Positions 19,336 to 28,970 of a stretch of DNA of 64,000 nt are shown here, one piece after another. A program made the position numbers and the translations under genes. The notes under the pieces are model-generated. The model did no database searches and had not been told where the DNA came from. It saw nothing but the letters and a program-made list of their open reading frames with translations. How positions within the stretch are numbered: position 1 is the stretch's first letter; the number at the start of each line of letters is the position of its first letter. The stretch is from Gemmatimonadales bacterium (lineage in GTDB: Bacteria; Gemmatimonadota; Gemmatimonadetes; Gemmatimonadales; GWC2-71-9): positions 352,001 through 416,000 of the forward strand of contig JBBCJC010000003.1 in assembly GCA_037189525.1 (NCBI GenBank), read 5' to 3'.

Positions 19336-19679
19336 TCGTCGTCCTCCCCTTCGGCATCGGCCGGCTTGACCGCAGCGTAGTTGGGCGGCGTCGGCGGCTC
19401 GTCGTTCAGCACCACCAGATGACGCAGGACGCTGTCATCGAGCTTGATGGCGCGCTCGAATTCGGGCAGTGCGCTCGATTCGGCGTCGAAATTGGCTACG
19501 ACATAGTAGCCGGAGTCGTTCTTCTTGATCTGATACGCCAGCGCGCGGCGACCCCAATGATTCAACTGCACCGACTCGACGTTGCCGATCAGTGCGTGGA
19601 AACCTGCGAGCTTGGCGTTGACGGCTTCTTCGTCCAGGGCCGGATCGAAGATGTAGACTACCTCGTACGGACGAGCCAT
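19332..19679 (-). CDS. rpsF: 30S ribosomal protein S6
   Basis: [31 protein letters not shown] before ATG 19679. Confidence 0.96.
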   Translation of the reverse strand: MARPYEVVYIFDPALDEEAVNAKLAGFHALIGNVESVQLNHWGRRALAYQIKKNDSGYYVVANFDAESSALPEFERAIKLDDSVLRHLVVLNDEPPTPPNYAAVKPADAEGEDDE

Positions 19680-19845
19680 GCACACCTTTCCTTTGGTCGT
19701 GGTCGCCCCGGGTCCGGTGCGTGAACCCGGGGAGGATGATTGACAGCCTTTCAATCTACATCGGCGCCGCGTCTGGAACAACGGAGCCATCCTGCCTGGA
19801 GATGCCCGGCCTGGTCCGGAAACTGGGCTGGGCTAGTTTTGATCC

Positions 19846-20457
19846 ATGCGTCTCGAATCGCTGCAGACAGGGCAACCCCGCACGGTCAGCCGGGGCGGTA
19901 ACGGGGACGAATCCTGGACCAGTACCATCTGGAAGGATCCGGTCGTCGGTCGGGTCTGGACCGGCGCGTTGGGGCTGAGCGGAGATGCGCCCGGTGACGA
20001 TCCTGATCGAGCCCTGCTGGCCTCTGCCGCGGCCCACTATCCCTCGTGGCGGAAAGCCTGGGGAGTTCCTGACCTGGGGCCTGGAGCATTCGGGGAAAAT
20101 CTGACCATTGCCGGCTGGGATGAGCGGACGGTCTGTCTCGGCGATCTGTTCCTGATTGGTGATCTCCGGGTGGAGGTGTCGGGGCCGGGGCGACCGGGTC
20201 CGGACCTGGAGCGGCGGCATCGTCGTGACGGCATCCTCGAGGACATTGCCGCGACGGGGCGGTGGGGCTGGTACTTCCGGGTGGAGAACGAGGCCTGGCT
20301 CGAGCCTGGCCTGCCCGTGACCCTGATCGATCGGCCCTATCCGCAGTGGCCGATCGTCCGCGTGGCGCGTGCCCTCGACGATCGGCGCGACGCGAACGAG
20401 CTGGCCGGTTGCGGGGCCTTCTCTGACGGGTGGCGCGCTTTACTCACGGCGGGGTGA
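19846..20457 (+). CDS. MOSC domain protein (YiiM-like), divergent
   Basis: PGAFGENLTI, VCLGDLFLIG, GRWGWYFRV; canonical Cys absent. Confidence 0.8.
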   Translation: MRLESLQTGQPRTVSRGGNGDESWTSTIWKDPVVGRVWTGALGLSGDAPGDDPDRALLASAAAHYPSWRKAWGVPDLGPGAFGENLTIAGWDERTVCLGDLFLIGDLRVEVSGPGRPGPDLERRHRRDGILEDIAATGRWGWYFRVENEAWLEPGLPVTLIDRPYPQWPIVRVARALDDRRDANELAGCGAFSDGWRALLTAG

Positions 20458-20537
20458 GTGGTTCGGCGTTCGTGACCCCGGGGCCGGCCGGCCGATTCCG
20501 GTATACTATTATGGATACAATCTCCAAGGATCATTCC

Positions 20538-22058
20538 ATGCGTTTCGCTTCCCTGGCCGTGGCCTGTGCCGTGGCCGTGGCGGTCGCCCCACTGCCGGCG
20601 CAGCGTCCGGTCAGCCATGCTCGCGAACTCGCGGCCATCGACAACGTCGTCACGTCGATGATGAAAGAGTGGCAGGTGCCCGGGCTCGCGCTGGGCATCG
20701 TCAAGGACGGCAAGGTGCTGTATCTCAAGGGATACGGATACCGCGACGTGGAGCAGCAGTTGCCGGTTACTCCGCAGACGCGGATGGCCATCGGATCCAA
20801 CAGCAAGTCGTTCACTGCGCTCTTGATGGGCATGCTGGTCGACCAGAAGAAGCTCGAATGGGACAAGCCGGTCAAACAGTATCTCCCTGACTTCGAGCTG
20901 TACGATGAATACGCCACCCGGAAGCTGACCCCGCGAGACCTGGTGAGCCATAGCTCCGGCCTGCCGCGTCACGACATGGTCTGGTATGGGCGCGACATCA
21001 AGCGCCAGGACATTTTGGGCCGGCTCAAGTATCTGGAGCCCACCACGTCGTTCCGGGGTGCCTGGCAGTATCAGAACCTGATGTTCGTCACGGCCGGCAT
21101 TCTGGTGGAGCGGCTCTGGGGACGCAGCTGGGAAGACTTGGTCAAGAACGAGATCTTCGGGCCGCTCGGCATGACGCAGTCGTTGCCCGGGACGACGGGG
21201 ATCGACGGGCCCGGCGATTTCTCGTGGCCCTATCAGCTGGTCAACGAGAAGATCACCCGGATTCCGTACCGGGTCATCGATGAAGTGGGACCGGCCGGCT
21301 CGATCACGTCGACGGTCGAGGACATGGTGAAGTACGTCCAGTTCCGGCTCGATCGCGGGGCCGGCGATCACAAGGTGAAGATCTCGCCGGCACAGGAGAA
21401 TCTGATGCAGTCGCCCAAGATGGTGGTCGGCGGGGCAGCGGCTGCGGTCTGGCCTGGGGTCGAGTTGGTCAGCTACGGGCTCGGGCTCGGCGTCGGATCC
21501 TATCGCGGCCACGGCATCGTGATCCATGGTGGCGGGATCGATGGGTTCATTTCACAGATGTCGTGGATTCCCTCGAAGAACATCGGTGTGGTCGTGTTGA
21601 CGAACTCGGGGAATCCGATTCCGACCCTGGTCGTGGAGTCGGTCTACGACCGGCTGCTTGGCCTGCCGCCGGTCGACTACGCCGCGATTCAGCGCAAGGT
21701 CGACGCCGACGGCAAGGCGGCGGTCGCGAAAGCGCAGGCCGAGCACCGCGCGACCCAGAAGCAGGGCACCTCGCCGAGCCATTCGCTGGCTGCGTATGCG
21801 GGGAGCTACGAGCATCCGGGCTACGGGCGGCTGGTGGTGCGGGAGCAGGGTGGCCGGCTCGAACTCGGGCTCGACAACCTCAAAGCGCCGCTCCGCCACT
21901 TTCACTACGATGTCTTCGAGGTTGATCCGACCGTCGGGACTACGGTGTTGAGCGGAACGGCGAGCTTCAGCACTAACCTGAAGGGTGAGGTGGACGAGGT
22001 GGCCCTGCCGCTCGAGGCGGGCGTGAAGCCGATCGTCTTCACGCGGGTGAAGAACTGA
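20538..22058 (+). CDS. Exported serine hydrolase (class C beta-lactamase/PBP-like) with DUF3471-like C-terminus
   Basis: SNSK (SxxK), YQN, HGGG, YAGSYEHPGYG; signal peptide. Confidence 0.9.
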   Translation: MRFASLAVACAVAVAVAPLPAQRPVSHARELAAIDNVVTSMMKEWQVPGLALGIVKDGKVLYLKGYGYRDVEQQLPVTPQTRMAIGSNSKSFTALLMGMLVDQKKLEWDKPVKQYLPDFELYDEYATRKLTPRDLVSHSSGLPRHDMVWYGRDIKRQDILGRLKYLEPTTSFRGAWQYQNLMFVTAGILVERLWGRSWEDLVKNEIFGPLGMTQSLPGTTGIDGPGDFSWPYQLVNEKITRIPYRVIDEVGPAGSITSTVEDMVKYVQFRLDRGAGDHKVKISPAQENLMQSPKMVVGGAAAAVWPGVELVSYGLGLGVGSYRGHGIVIHGGGIDGFISQMSWIPSKNIGVVVLTNSGNPIPTLVVESVYDRLLGLPPVDYAAIQRKVDADGKAAVAKAQAEHRATQKQGTSPSHSLAAYAGSYEHPGYGRLVVREQGGRLELGLDNLKAPLRHFHYDVFEVDPTVGTTVLSGTASFSTNLKGEVDEVALPLEAGVKPIVFTRVKN

Positions 22059-22072
22059 TTCGCTCGGTGAGG

Positions 22073-22143
22073 ACGACTCCGATCGGGAGTCGTTGGTAGT
22101 GTCTTACGTGCCCCACTTCGCCGGTAGCCGCGGAGTGGGGCAC
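22073..22143. terminator. Two GC-rich hairpins between convergent genes
   Basis: ACGACTCC/GGAGTCGT (22073-22093) and GTGCCCCACT/AGTGGGGCAC (22108-22143). Confidence 0.5.
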
Positions 22144-22200
22144 TGACGTTTTAAGTCATCGGAAGATTCGAGGGGCCAGCCACGGGTAGAGGCCGGTATC

Positions 22201-23352
22201 TCAGCGCGGGCGAGGCATCGTTGGCCAGGGGTAGCGACCGAGAAACTCCTGATGGTCTTCGTCGAGTGTTATCAGATAGATGTACGATCGACTGAACCCG
22301 ACGAGCTGAGTACGTGTCGGCGTGTACACCTGCTGGACGACGATACCGAGAAAGTCGATGATGTCGAAGTGCTCGGGCGCGCCGACTTCCGTCGTACGTT
22401 GGATCCAGAGAAGCCCGTTCGGGTCGAATCGTGGCGCGCCCGAAAGAAACGGTGGCAGGAACGCTGGCCACTGCACCGGCTCGAACGGTCGCGACACTCG
22501 AACGTCGGCTCGTGGGGCGACGTTGCCTGGTATCATCATCATGACCGGATGTGGTCGGGCATAATCGTGGTACCATTGTTTCTTCTGCGCGGCGCTGACC
22601 CGGAGCCGGCGGTACTGAATCGGTTTGCCCTTGATGTGGACCCCTTGCGCGTCGATGTGCTCGACCGAATAGGGATTCGGTCTGATGATCGCGATCTGTC
22701 CGTCGAGACCCAAGGCCCACTGCGGCGCGGTGGTAAAGGCGCGGCTTCCTTCGCCGGGCGGGAGGGTGCGTTCCCGAACGGGCCGGAGGGGCAGGTAGGC
22801 AACGGTATCCCGGCGTGTCGCACCGATGCGCCACCGTTCGATTGGTGCGGAGTCCGTCGGCTGCAGATGCTCGGGTGTGAAATTCGAAAAGGCTAAGGTG
22901 TAGAGATTGCCCCGGCCGTCGCTCGCGGTCGCGCCCTGTCCGGTCACGCGCGATTGATTGGTAGACTTACCCCCGTGAACGTCGAGGAATCCGCTCGGCG
23001 TACCCTTGCCCGTAATGACGAGGATGCGCCGGTTGCCGCCGTCGATGATGCCGATGCTGTCGCCCCCCAAGTGGAGCAGCCCGGTTGGGAACCGATACTC
23101 TCGAGGACCCGACCCGATTCTTCCGATGGGCGTGACCGCGTCCGCCGCGAAGTCGACCAGCAGGACGCGTTGCGCGTTGGCGTCCAGGACTACGACCTTG
23201 CCATCCCGCAACTCATGGAGTCCGCGGATTCGATCGAAGGGATGCGAGATCGATCGGTCCGGCTTGGAAAGGGACGTGACCTGGACTTGCGCGCTGGCTG
23301 CGAAGGCCGACGCCGAGGTGAGCACGACCAGCGTTATCGGGAGTCCAGACAT
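22201..23352 (-). CDS. Hypothetical exported protein, probable beta-propeller (NHL/6-bladed-like)
   Basis: Signal peptide; IGRIGSGPREYRFP motif typical of 6-bladed propeller proteins. Confidence 0.7.
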   Translation of the reverse strand: MSGLPITLVVLTSASAFAASAQVQVTSLSKPDRSISHPFDRIRGLHELRDGKVVVLDANAQRVLLVDFAADAVTPIGRIGSGPREYRFPTGLLHLGGDSIGIIDGGNRRILVITGKGTPSGFLDVHGGKSTNQSRVTGQGATASDGRGNLYTLAFSNFTPEHLQPTDSAPIERWRIGATRRDTVAYLPLRPVRERTLPPGEGSRAFTTAPQWALGLDGQIAIIRPNPYSVEHIDAQGVHIKGKPIQYRRLRVSAAQKKQWYHDYARPHPVMMMIPGNVAPRADVRVSRPFEPVQWPAFLPPFLSGAPRFDPNGLLWIQRTTEVGAPEHFDIIDFLGIVVQQVYTPTRTQLVGFSRSYIYLITLDEDHQEFLGRYPWPTMPRPR

Positions 23353-23528
23353 AGGCAGACCCACGCTTGATGACGGCTGCGGTCTGGCGATCCAAGCTAG
23401 CTGGGAACCGGATCTGCCAGTGGTCACGTCAAGAGACGATGGCCTCCGATGCGTTGCTTGGCAAGGGCCTCTGGCAGCGACTCGGTCTCAGCCGTGCGGA
23501 GCTGAGGGAGGGTGCCGTCCGCGAACTG

Positions 23529-25040
23529 TCAGCGAGCGGGTGTCTGTCCCGATGACCGATCGATGTCGACTTTGATAGTGCGCCAGCGTCCCTGATTGAA
23601 GCGAAGGATGCTGAGGGCAGCGCGGGCGATATGGCCGGCCAGGATCGCCAGCCAGATGTCGATCGGATCGAGCCGGCTCAGATGCTGGACCGTAAAGCAG
23701 ATGCCGAGCGGGATGATGACCTGCGACACGATCGAGATGTAGAGCGGGCTCCTGGTGTCGCCCGTGCCCTGAAGCCCACCGGTGTAGGTCAGCGCCGACG
23801 CAATGAACAGGCCGGAGACACTCAGCACCCGCAGCAGCTCGACCCCGATCTCGACCACAGCCGGCTCCGTCATCCCGAAGATGGCGAGGAGTTGTCTCGG
23901 GAAGAACAGAAAGAAGAACCCGATGAACGCCGCGCCCGAGAGTCCGTAGCGGGCGGCGACGCGCACCGCCTGGTCGGCACGATCTGGATGGCCGGCGCCC
24001 AGGTTCTGCCCGGCTACCGCAGCGGCTGCTCCCATCAGGCCGACGGCGGTCCAGGTAATCAGCGAAAAGAGCTGAGTGTAGGCAATCGCAAAAGCGGCCT
24101 GGGCTGCGGCGCTCTGGGCCAGCGACCCGATGTAGCCGAGCATCAGGACGCCGCCGATGTTCATGGCAATGCCCTGCACGCCTGCCGGAAGGCCGAAACG
24201 GAAGAGCGATCGTATGATGGCCCAATCCGGTCCCCAGCCCTGGCCTCGCGGAAAGCGGACCACCCATCCGCCGGACCAGAGTTTCCAGAGGGCATAGCCG
24301 CTGACCAGCCAGGCCGCGAGCACGGTCCCCATGGCCGACCCGGCGGTGCCGAAGGCCGGAATCGGGCCGAGTCCCCGGATCAGTACCACATTGAAGAGCA
24401 GATTGAGCACCGTCATCACGATGCCGAGGATCATCGGCGTACGGGCATCGCCGGCGGAGCGGAGCACGCCGCCCAGCATGAAGTAGAGCATCATGCCGCC
24501 GCTGAATCCGAACATGATGCGCAGGAAGGGCAGCGCTTCCGCTTTGACCGCCGGCGTCGCGTTGACGAGATCGAGCAACCAGGGCGCGATGAAGTATCCG
24601 AGCGGACCCAGGATGCCGAAGGTCAGTCCGACGGTGGTCAGAAAGGCCTGATAGACGACGCGGTCGACCCGCGACTCGTCGCCGGCCCCGGCAAAGCGGG
24701 CCACCAGCACGCTCGCGCCGGTGTAGAGCGAGGACACGAAGACAATCACGACGAGGAGGATCTGCCAGGCCACCCCAATGGCCGCATTGGCCGCGAAGCC
24801 GATCAGGTGGCCGACCAGGACGTGATCGACGATTCCCTGTAGCCCGCCGATCACGTTGGTCAGCATGGTCGGCCAGGCGATCATCCAGACCGCCGGGACC
24901 AGCGGGCCCTCGACGATCGACCGATCATATCGGCCGCTCGACCGGGCGGGCGCGGCCGGCTCCACCGTGATCGGCGGTTCCACGCCCGGGGCGAGCGGTG
25001 GGGTACAGTCGGGGTCGTTACCCGTCGGGTGGCTGGTCAT
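23529..25040 (-). CDS. MATE family efflux transporter
   Basis: AWPTML, LRSAGDARTPM, FGLPAG, GQNLGAG, QGTGDTRSP; about 12 TM segments. Confidence 0.93.
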   Translation of the reverse strand: MTSHPTGNDPDCTPPLAPGVEPPITVEPAAPARSSGRYDRSIVEGPLVPAVWMIAWPTMLTNVIGGLQGIVDHVLVGHLIGFAANAAIGVAWQILLVVIVFVSSLYTGASVLVARFAGAGDESRVDRVVYQAFLTTVGLTFGILGPLGYFIAPWLLDLVNATPAVKAEALPFLRIMFGFSGGMMLYFMLGGVLRSAGDARTPMILGIVMTVLNLLFNVVLIRGLGPIPAFGTAGSAMGTVLAAWLVSGYALWKLWSGGWVVRFPRGQGWGPDWAIIRSLFRFGLPAGVQGIAMNIGGVLMLGYIGSLAQSAAAQAAFAIAYTQLFSLITWTAVGLMGAAAAVAGQNLGAGHPDRADQAVRVAARYGLSGAAFIGFFFLFFPRQLLAIFGMTEPAVVEIGVELLRVLSVSGLFIASALTYTGGLQGTGDTRSPLYISIVSQVIIPLGICFTVQHLSRLDPIDIWLAILAGHIARAALSILRFNQGRWRTIKVDIDRSSGQTPAR

Positions 25041-25248
25041 CGGCCGGAAAAGTATGAAGGGAGGCCATTCTGGCCTAGGCGGCGGGCGGCCCGCCGATCC
25101 CAAGTCACGGCCAGGCAACGCCAGCGGGCGACTTTGTCGGCCGTTCAGGTCGGGGCAGTGGCGGAATTGCCAATCGGGGGCGTAAGGATTAGCCTTCAGG
25201 TCTGCTAAGTTGTTGTGTCACTTGCGATTCAGGGACACCAGGGCACCT

Positions 25249-25887
25249 GTGAAACTGGTCATCAAGCCGCTCGAGCGGGCCTACTTTGCGGTCACGGATC
25301 CGATCGTGACCTGGCTGCTCAGGCTCCGGGTCCGCCCCAATACGCTGACGACGATCGGCGCTTTGGTCGTGGTTGCGTCCGGAGTGGCCTTTGCCTTGGG
25401 CTGGATTCGCACCGGTGGCGCCGTGCTGTTGTTGTCCGGCATCGTCGATACCTTCGACGGCGCCGTCGCGCGGCGGAGTGGTCAGGTCTCCAAGTTCGGA
25501 GCCTTCTACGACTCCACCCTCGATCGAGTCGGTGACGGTGCCACGTTCATGGGTATTGCCGTCTATCTGCTCACGGCCCCCGACATCACCGGCCGGGTCG
25601 AGTGGACGGTGGTCTGTATGGTGGCGATCGTCAGCGCGCTGATCGTCTCGTACGCCCGGGCGCGCGCCGAGGGACTGGGCATCGACTGCAAGGTGGGCAT
25701 CGTGCAGCGCGCCGAGCGGCTCCTCGCCGTCGGCGTGCCGACGCTGTTCGTCGGGGCGGGGTCGAACGCCATCGTGCTCAAGGTGATCGTGGCCGCGCTG
25801 GCTCTGGCGTCGACGATCACGGTCGTGCAGCGCTTTGTCTACATGTATCAGGTAACCGAAGGTCAATCCGGCGGCGATACGCCGTAA
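25249..25887 (+). CDS. CDP-alcohol phosphatidyltransferase (putative phosphatidylinositol-phosphate synthase)
   Basis: PNTLT, DTFDGAVARR...FGAFYDSTLDR signature, SYARARAEGLG, RAERL; adjacent to ino1. Confidence 0.88.
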   Translation: MKLVIKPLERAYFAVTDPIVTWLLRLRVRPNTLTTIGALVVVASGVAFALGWIRTGGAVLLLSGIVDTFDGAVARRSGQVSKFGAFYDSTLDRVGDGATFMGIAVYLLTAPDITGRVEWTVVCMVAIVSALIVSYARARAEGLGIDCKVGIVQRAERLLAVGVPTLFVGAGSNAIVLKVIVAALALASTITVVQRFVYMYQVTEGQSGGDTP

Positions 25888-25943
25888 CGAACCATCATGC
25901 GGTATGCCGGCCCGGCATCGGGCCGTTGACGAAAGGATCGAAC

Positions 25944-27275
25944 GTGCCTCAAGGAACTCCTCGCCCCATTCAGCCCGCGTCCGGCAAGCTCGGTGTGCTC
26001 TGCGTCGGGCTCGGCGCCGTGGCGTCGACTTTCATCGCGGGTGTCGAGAACGTCCGCCGCGGTCGCGCGCAGGCGACCGGCTCTCTGACGCAGCTGGCGA
26101 CGATTCGCCTGGGCAAGCGGACCGACAAGCGGGCGCCGCTGATCAAGGATTTCGTGCCGCTGTCGAAGCTCGACGATCTGGTCTTCGGCGCCTGGGATCC
26201 GGTGCCGGATGACTGCTACCAGTCGGCGCTCCATTGCGGCGTGCTCGACAAGTACGAGCATGTCGAGCCGATTGCCGACTTCCTCAAGTCGGTCAAGCCG
26301 ATGCCGGCCGCGTTCGACCAGCACTACGTCAAGCGGCTCCAGGGCACCAACATCAAGAAGGGCACCAAGCGGCAGATGGCCGACGAGCTCCGGAAGGACA
26401 TCCGGGACTTCAAGGCCAAAAACGGCTGTGACCGGCTGGTGATGGTCTGGTGCGCCTCGACCGAGATCTTCATTACGCCCGGCCCTGCGCACCAGACGCT
26501 CGAGGCGTTCGAAAAGGCCATCGACGCCAACGATCCGTCGATTGCGCCGTCGATGCTCTATGCCTACGCCTCGATCATGGAAGGGGTGCCGTTTGCCAAT
26601 GGCGCGCCGAACCTGAGCTGCGACTTCCCGGCGCTCGAGAAGCTGGCGCTCGACAAGAAGGTCGCAATCGGTGGCAAGGACTTCAAGACCGGTCAGACGA
26701 TGCTCAAGACGGTGTTGTCGCCGATGTTCAAGGCGCGCATGCTGGGCGTGTCGGGCTGGTACTCGACCAACATCCTGGGTAACCGCGACGGCGAAGTGCT
26801 CGACGATCCGGAGAGCTTCAAGACCAAGGAAGAGTCGAAGCTGGGCGTGCTCGAGCACATCCTGCAGCCCGAGGTGTATCCCGAGCTGTACGCCAAGCTC
26901 TACCACAAGGTGCGGATCAACTACTATCCGCCGCGGGGCGACAATAAAGAGGGCTGGGACAACATCGACATCTTCGGATGGCTCGGCTATCCGATGCAGA
27001 TCAAGGTCGATTTCCTCTGTCGCGACTCGATCCTGGCCGCGCCGCTGGTGCTCGACCTGGCGCTCTTCTTCGACCTGGCGCAGCGAGCCGGGATGGCCGG
27101 GGTGCAGGAGTGGCTCTCGTTCTACTTCAAGAGCCCGCAGACTGCGCCCGGGCTCTACGCCGAGCACGATCTGTTCATCCAGCAGACCAAGCTCAAGAAC
27201 ACGCTCCGTTATCTTATGGGCGAGGCCGCGATTACCCATCTCGGCGTGGAGTACTACGACTACGGCAAGGAGTGA
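25944..27275 (+). CDS. ino1: myo-inositol-1-phosphate synthase
   Basis: GLGAVAST, FANGAPN, GKDFKTGQT, STNILGNRDG, GDNKEGWD, CRDSILAAPL. Confidence 0.95.
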   Translation: MPQGTPRPIQPASGKLGVLCVGLGAVASTFIAGVENVRRGRAQATGSLTQLATIRLGKRTDKRAPLIKDFVPLSKLDDLVFGAWDPVPDDCYQSALHCGVLDKYEHVEPIADFLKSVKPMPAAFDQHYVKRLQGTNIKKGTKRQMADELRKDIRDFKAKNGCDRLVMVWCASTEIFITPGPAHQTLEAFEKAIDANDPSIAPSMLYAYASIMEGVPFANGAPNLSCDFPALEKLALDKKVAIGGKDFKTGQTMLKTVLSPMFKARMLGVSGWYSTNILGNRDGEVLDDPESFKTKEESKLGVLEHILQPEVYPELYAKLYHKVRINYYPPRGDNKEGWDNIDIFGWLGYPMQIKVDFLCRDSILAAPLVLDLALFFDLAQRAGMAGVQEWLSFYFKSPQTAPGLYAEHDLFIQQTKLKNTLRYLMGEAAITHLGVEYYDYGKE

Positions 27276-27287
27276 GGTGCCTGGACG

Positions 27288-27578
27288 ATGAAATACTTTC
27301 ACCGGACTTCCGCCACGCCCGATGAGGTGGTCGCGAAAGCGGCCGAGTTCTTCGGGGCGCGGATGCAGCGAACGGAAGAGGGGGCGCGGCGGTTGCGCTT
27401 TGCCGGAGCGATCGGCCAGCTGAGCGTGAGTGTGCTGGCCGAAGGCGGGCACTACACGCTCGTCACGGTCGAGACCAACCAGCCCGGCGAAAGCGAAATC
27501 GACAAGCTCGCCAAGCGGTTCCTGGCGACGGTGCACACGCTGGTTCACGAGCATCACGCGATTCGCGGAAGCTACTGA
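27288..27578 (+). CDS. Hypothetical protein
   Basis: GAGG RBS, GC-typical codon usage, last gene before terminator. Confidence 0.75.
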   Translation: MKYFHRTSATPDEVVAKAAEFFGARMQRTEEGARRLRFAGAIGQLSVSVLAEGGHYTLVTVETNQPGESEIDKLAKRFLATVHTLVHEHHAIRGSY

Positions 27579-27604
27579 GGCGTTCACCTCGATGCGGTAT
27601 CAGG

Positions 27605-27640
27605 GCGGTCGGCCGATGCTTCGGCCGGCCGCTTTTCTTT
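27605..27640 (+). terminator. Rho-independent terminator
   Basis: GCGGTCGGCCGA-TGCT-TCGGCCGGCCGC followed by TTTTCTTT. Confidence 0.8.
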
Positions 27641-27728
27641 TGGCGGGTGCAACCGTGCCAAGGTGGATCGTCAGCACTGTAAGGGCCTGGGGATGCCGGC
27701 CTGACCATTCCATTGCAACGGAGGCGTC

Positions 27729-28850
27729 ATGGCACGCGCAGAGAGCACCAGCAAGCGGATCAGATATGCCGTCGTCGGACTGGGGCACATTTCCCAGGTC
27801 GCGCTGCTACCGGCCATGGCCAAAGCCAAGGCCAACAGCGAGCTCGCGGCGCTGGTTTCGGGAGACAGGACCAAGTTGCGCCGGCTCGGGCGGAAGTATC
27901 GGGTGGACACCCTGATCGACTACAAGGGGTTCGATGCGCTGATGGAAAGTGGCGACATCGATGCGGTCTACATCGGTCTCCCCAACCATCTCCATCGGGA
28001 CTTCGTGATTCGCGCCGCACGGGCTGGAGTACACGTACTCTGCGAGAAGCCGCTCGGTCTCGATGCGCGGGAATGCCGGGATATGATCCGCGCCTGCGAA
28101 CGGAACAATGTCCGTCTGATGGTGGCCTACCGCCTCCATTTTGCGCCTTCCAACCTGCGGGCAATCGAGGAAATCCGGTCGGGGGCGCTGGGGCCGATTC
28201 GTATTGTCGACTCCGTCTTCTCGATGCAGGTCCGGGCCGGAAATATCCGGCTCGGTCCGACCCGGCTGGGCGGCGGTACCGTCTACGACATCGGGATCTA
28301 CTGCATCAACGCCGCGCGCTATCTCTTCCGCGCCGAGCCGGAGGAAGTCGTGGCATTTCAGGGAAACAACGGCCAGAAACGATTCCGCAAAGCCGATGAG
28401 GCAACCGGCGGGCTCCTGCGGTTTCCCGGGGGCGGCCTGGCGACCTTCGTAAGCAGCTTCGGCGCGGCCGATGTTTCGCGATACGAGGTGGTGGGGAGCA
28501 AGGGCAAGTTGCTGCTGGAGCAGGCCTTCGGGTACTCGAAGCCGTCCCGACTGACGGTCACGACCGAGCGCGGCACCCGGGTGCATGAGTTCGCGGCCAG
28601 CGATCAGTTCGCGCCCGAAGTGCTGCACTTTTCCGAGTGCATCCTCGAGGGACGTATTCCGGGGCCTGCCGGGGAGGAGGGCCTGGCCGATGCTCTGGTC
28701 ATCGATGCGCTCCACCGCTCGGCCCGATCCGGCCGATCCGTCATTCTGGCGCCTTTTGAGCGGACCCGGCGGCCGACCGGTGCTCAGATGAGACGGAAAC
28801 CGCGGTCTCCCAAGCCCAAGGTCGTTCGGGCTGAGCCGCCGCGTCGCTGA
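27729..28850 (+). CDS. Gfo/Idh/MocA family oxidoreductase (glucose-fructose oxidoreductase-like)
   Basis: YAVVGLGHI, HVLCEKP, GGGTVYDIGIYCIN. Confidence 0.92.
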   Translation: MARAESTSKRIRYAVVGLGHISQVALLPAMAKAKANSELAALVSGDRTKLRRLGRKYRVDTLIDYKGFDALMESGDIDAVYIGLPNHLHRDFVIRAARAGVHVLCEKPLGLDARECRDMIRACERNNVRLMVAYRLHFAPSNLRAIEEIRSGALGPIRIVDSVFSMQVRAGNIRLGPTRLGGGTVYDIGIYCINAARYLFRAEPEEVVAFQGNNGQKRFRKADEATGGLLRFPGGGLATFVSSFGAADVSRYEVVGSKGKLLLEQAFGYSKPSRLTVTTERGTRVHEFAASDQFAPEVLHFSECILEGRIPGPAGEEGLADALVIDALHRSARSGRSVILAPFERTRRPTGAQMRRKPRSPKPKVVRAEPPRR

Positions 28851-28970
28851 ACGGAGGCCGGTGGGGGAAGGTTCCGGCTTCGCGGGGCGCGAAGGCCGGG
28901 TCGCTTGACTCCGCATGGCGACGGGTAAATCTTTACAGGTTCTCAGGTTACGCGTTCTAGCGACAGGGCA

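Noticed and set aside
27729..28850. Gfo/Idh/MocA gene as an inositol dehydrogenase of the ino1 operon
   Set aside because: Separated by a clear terminator, and its motifs resemble glucose-fructose oxidoreductase-like proteins; link unsupported
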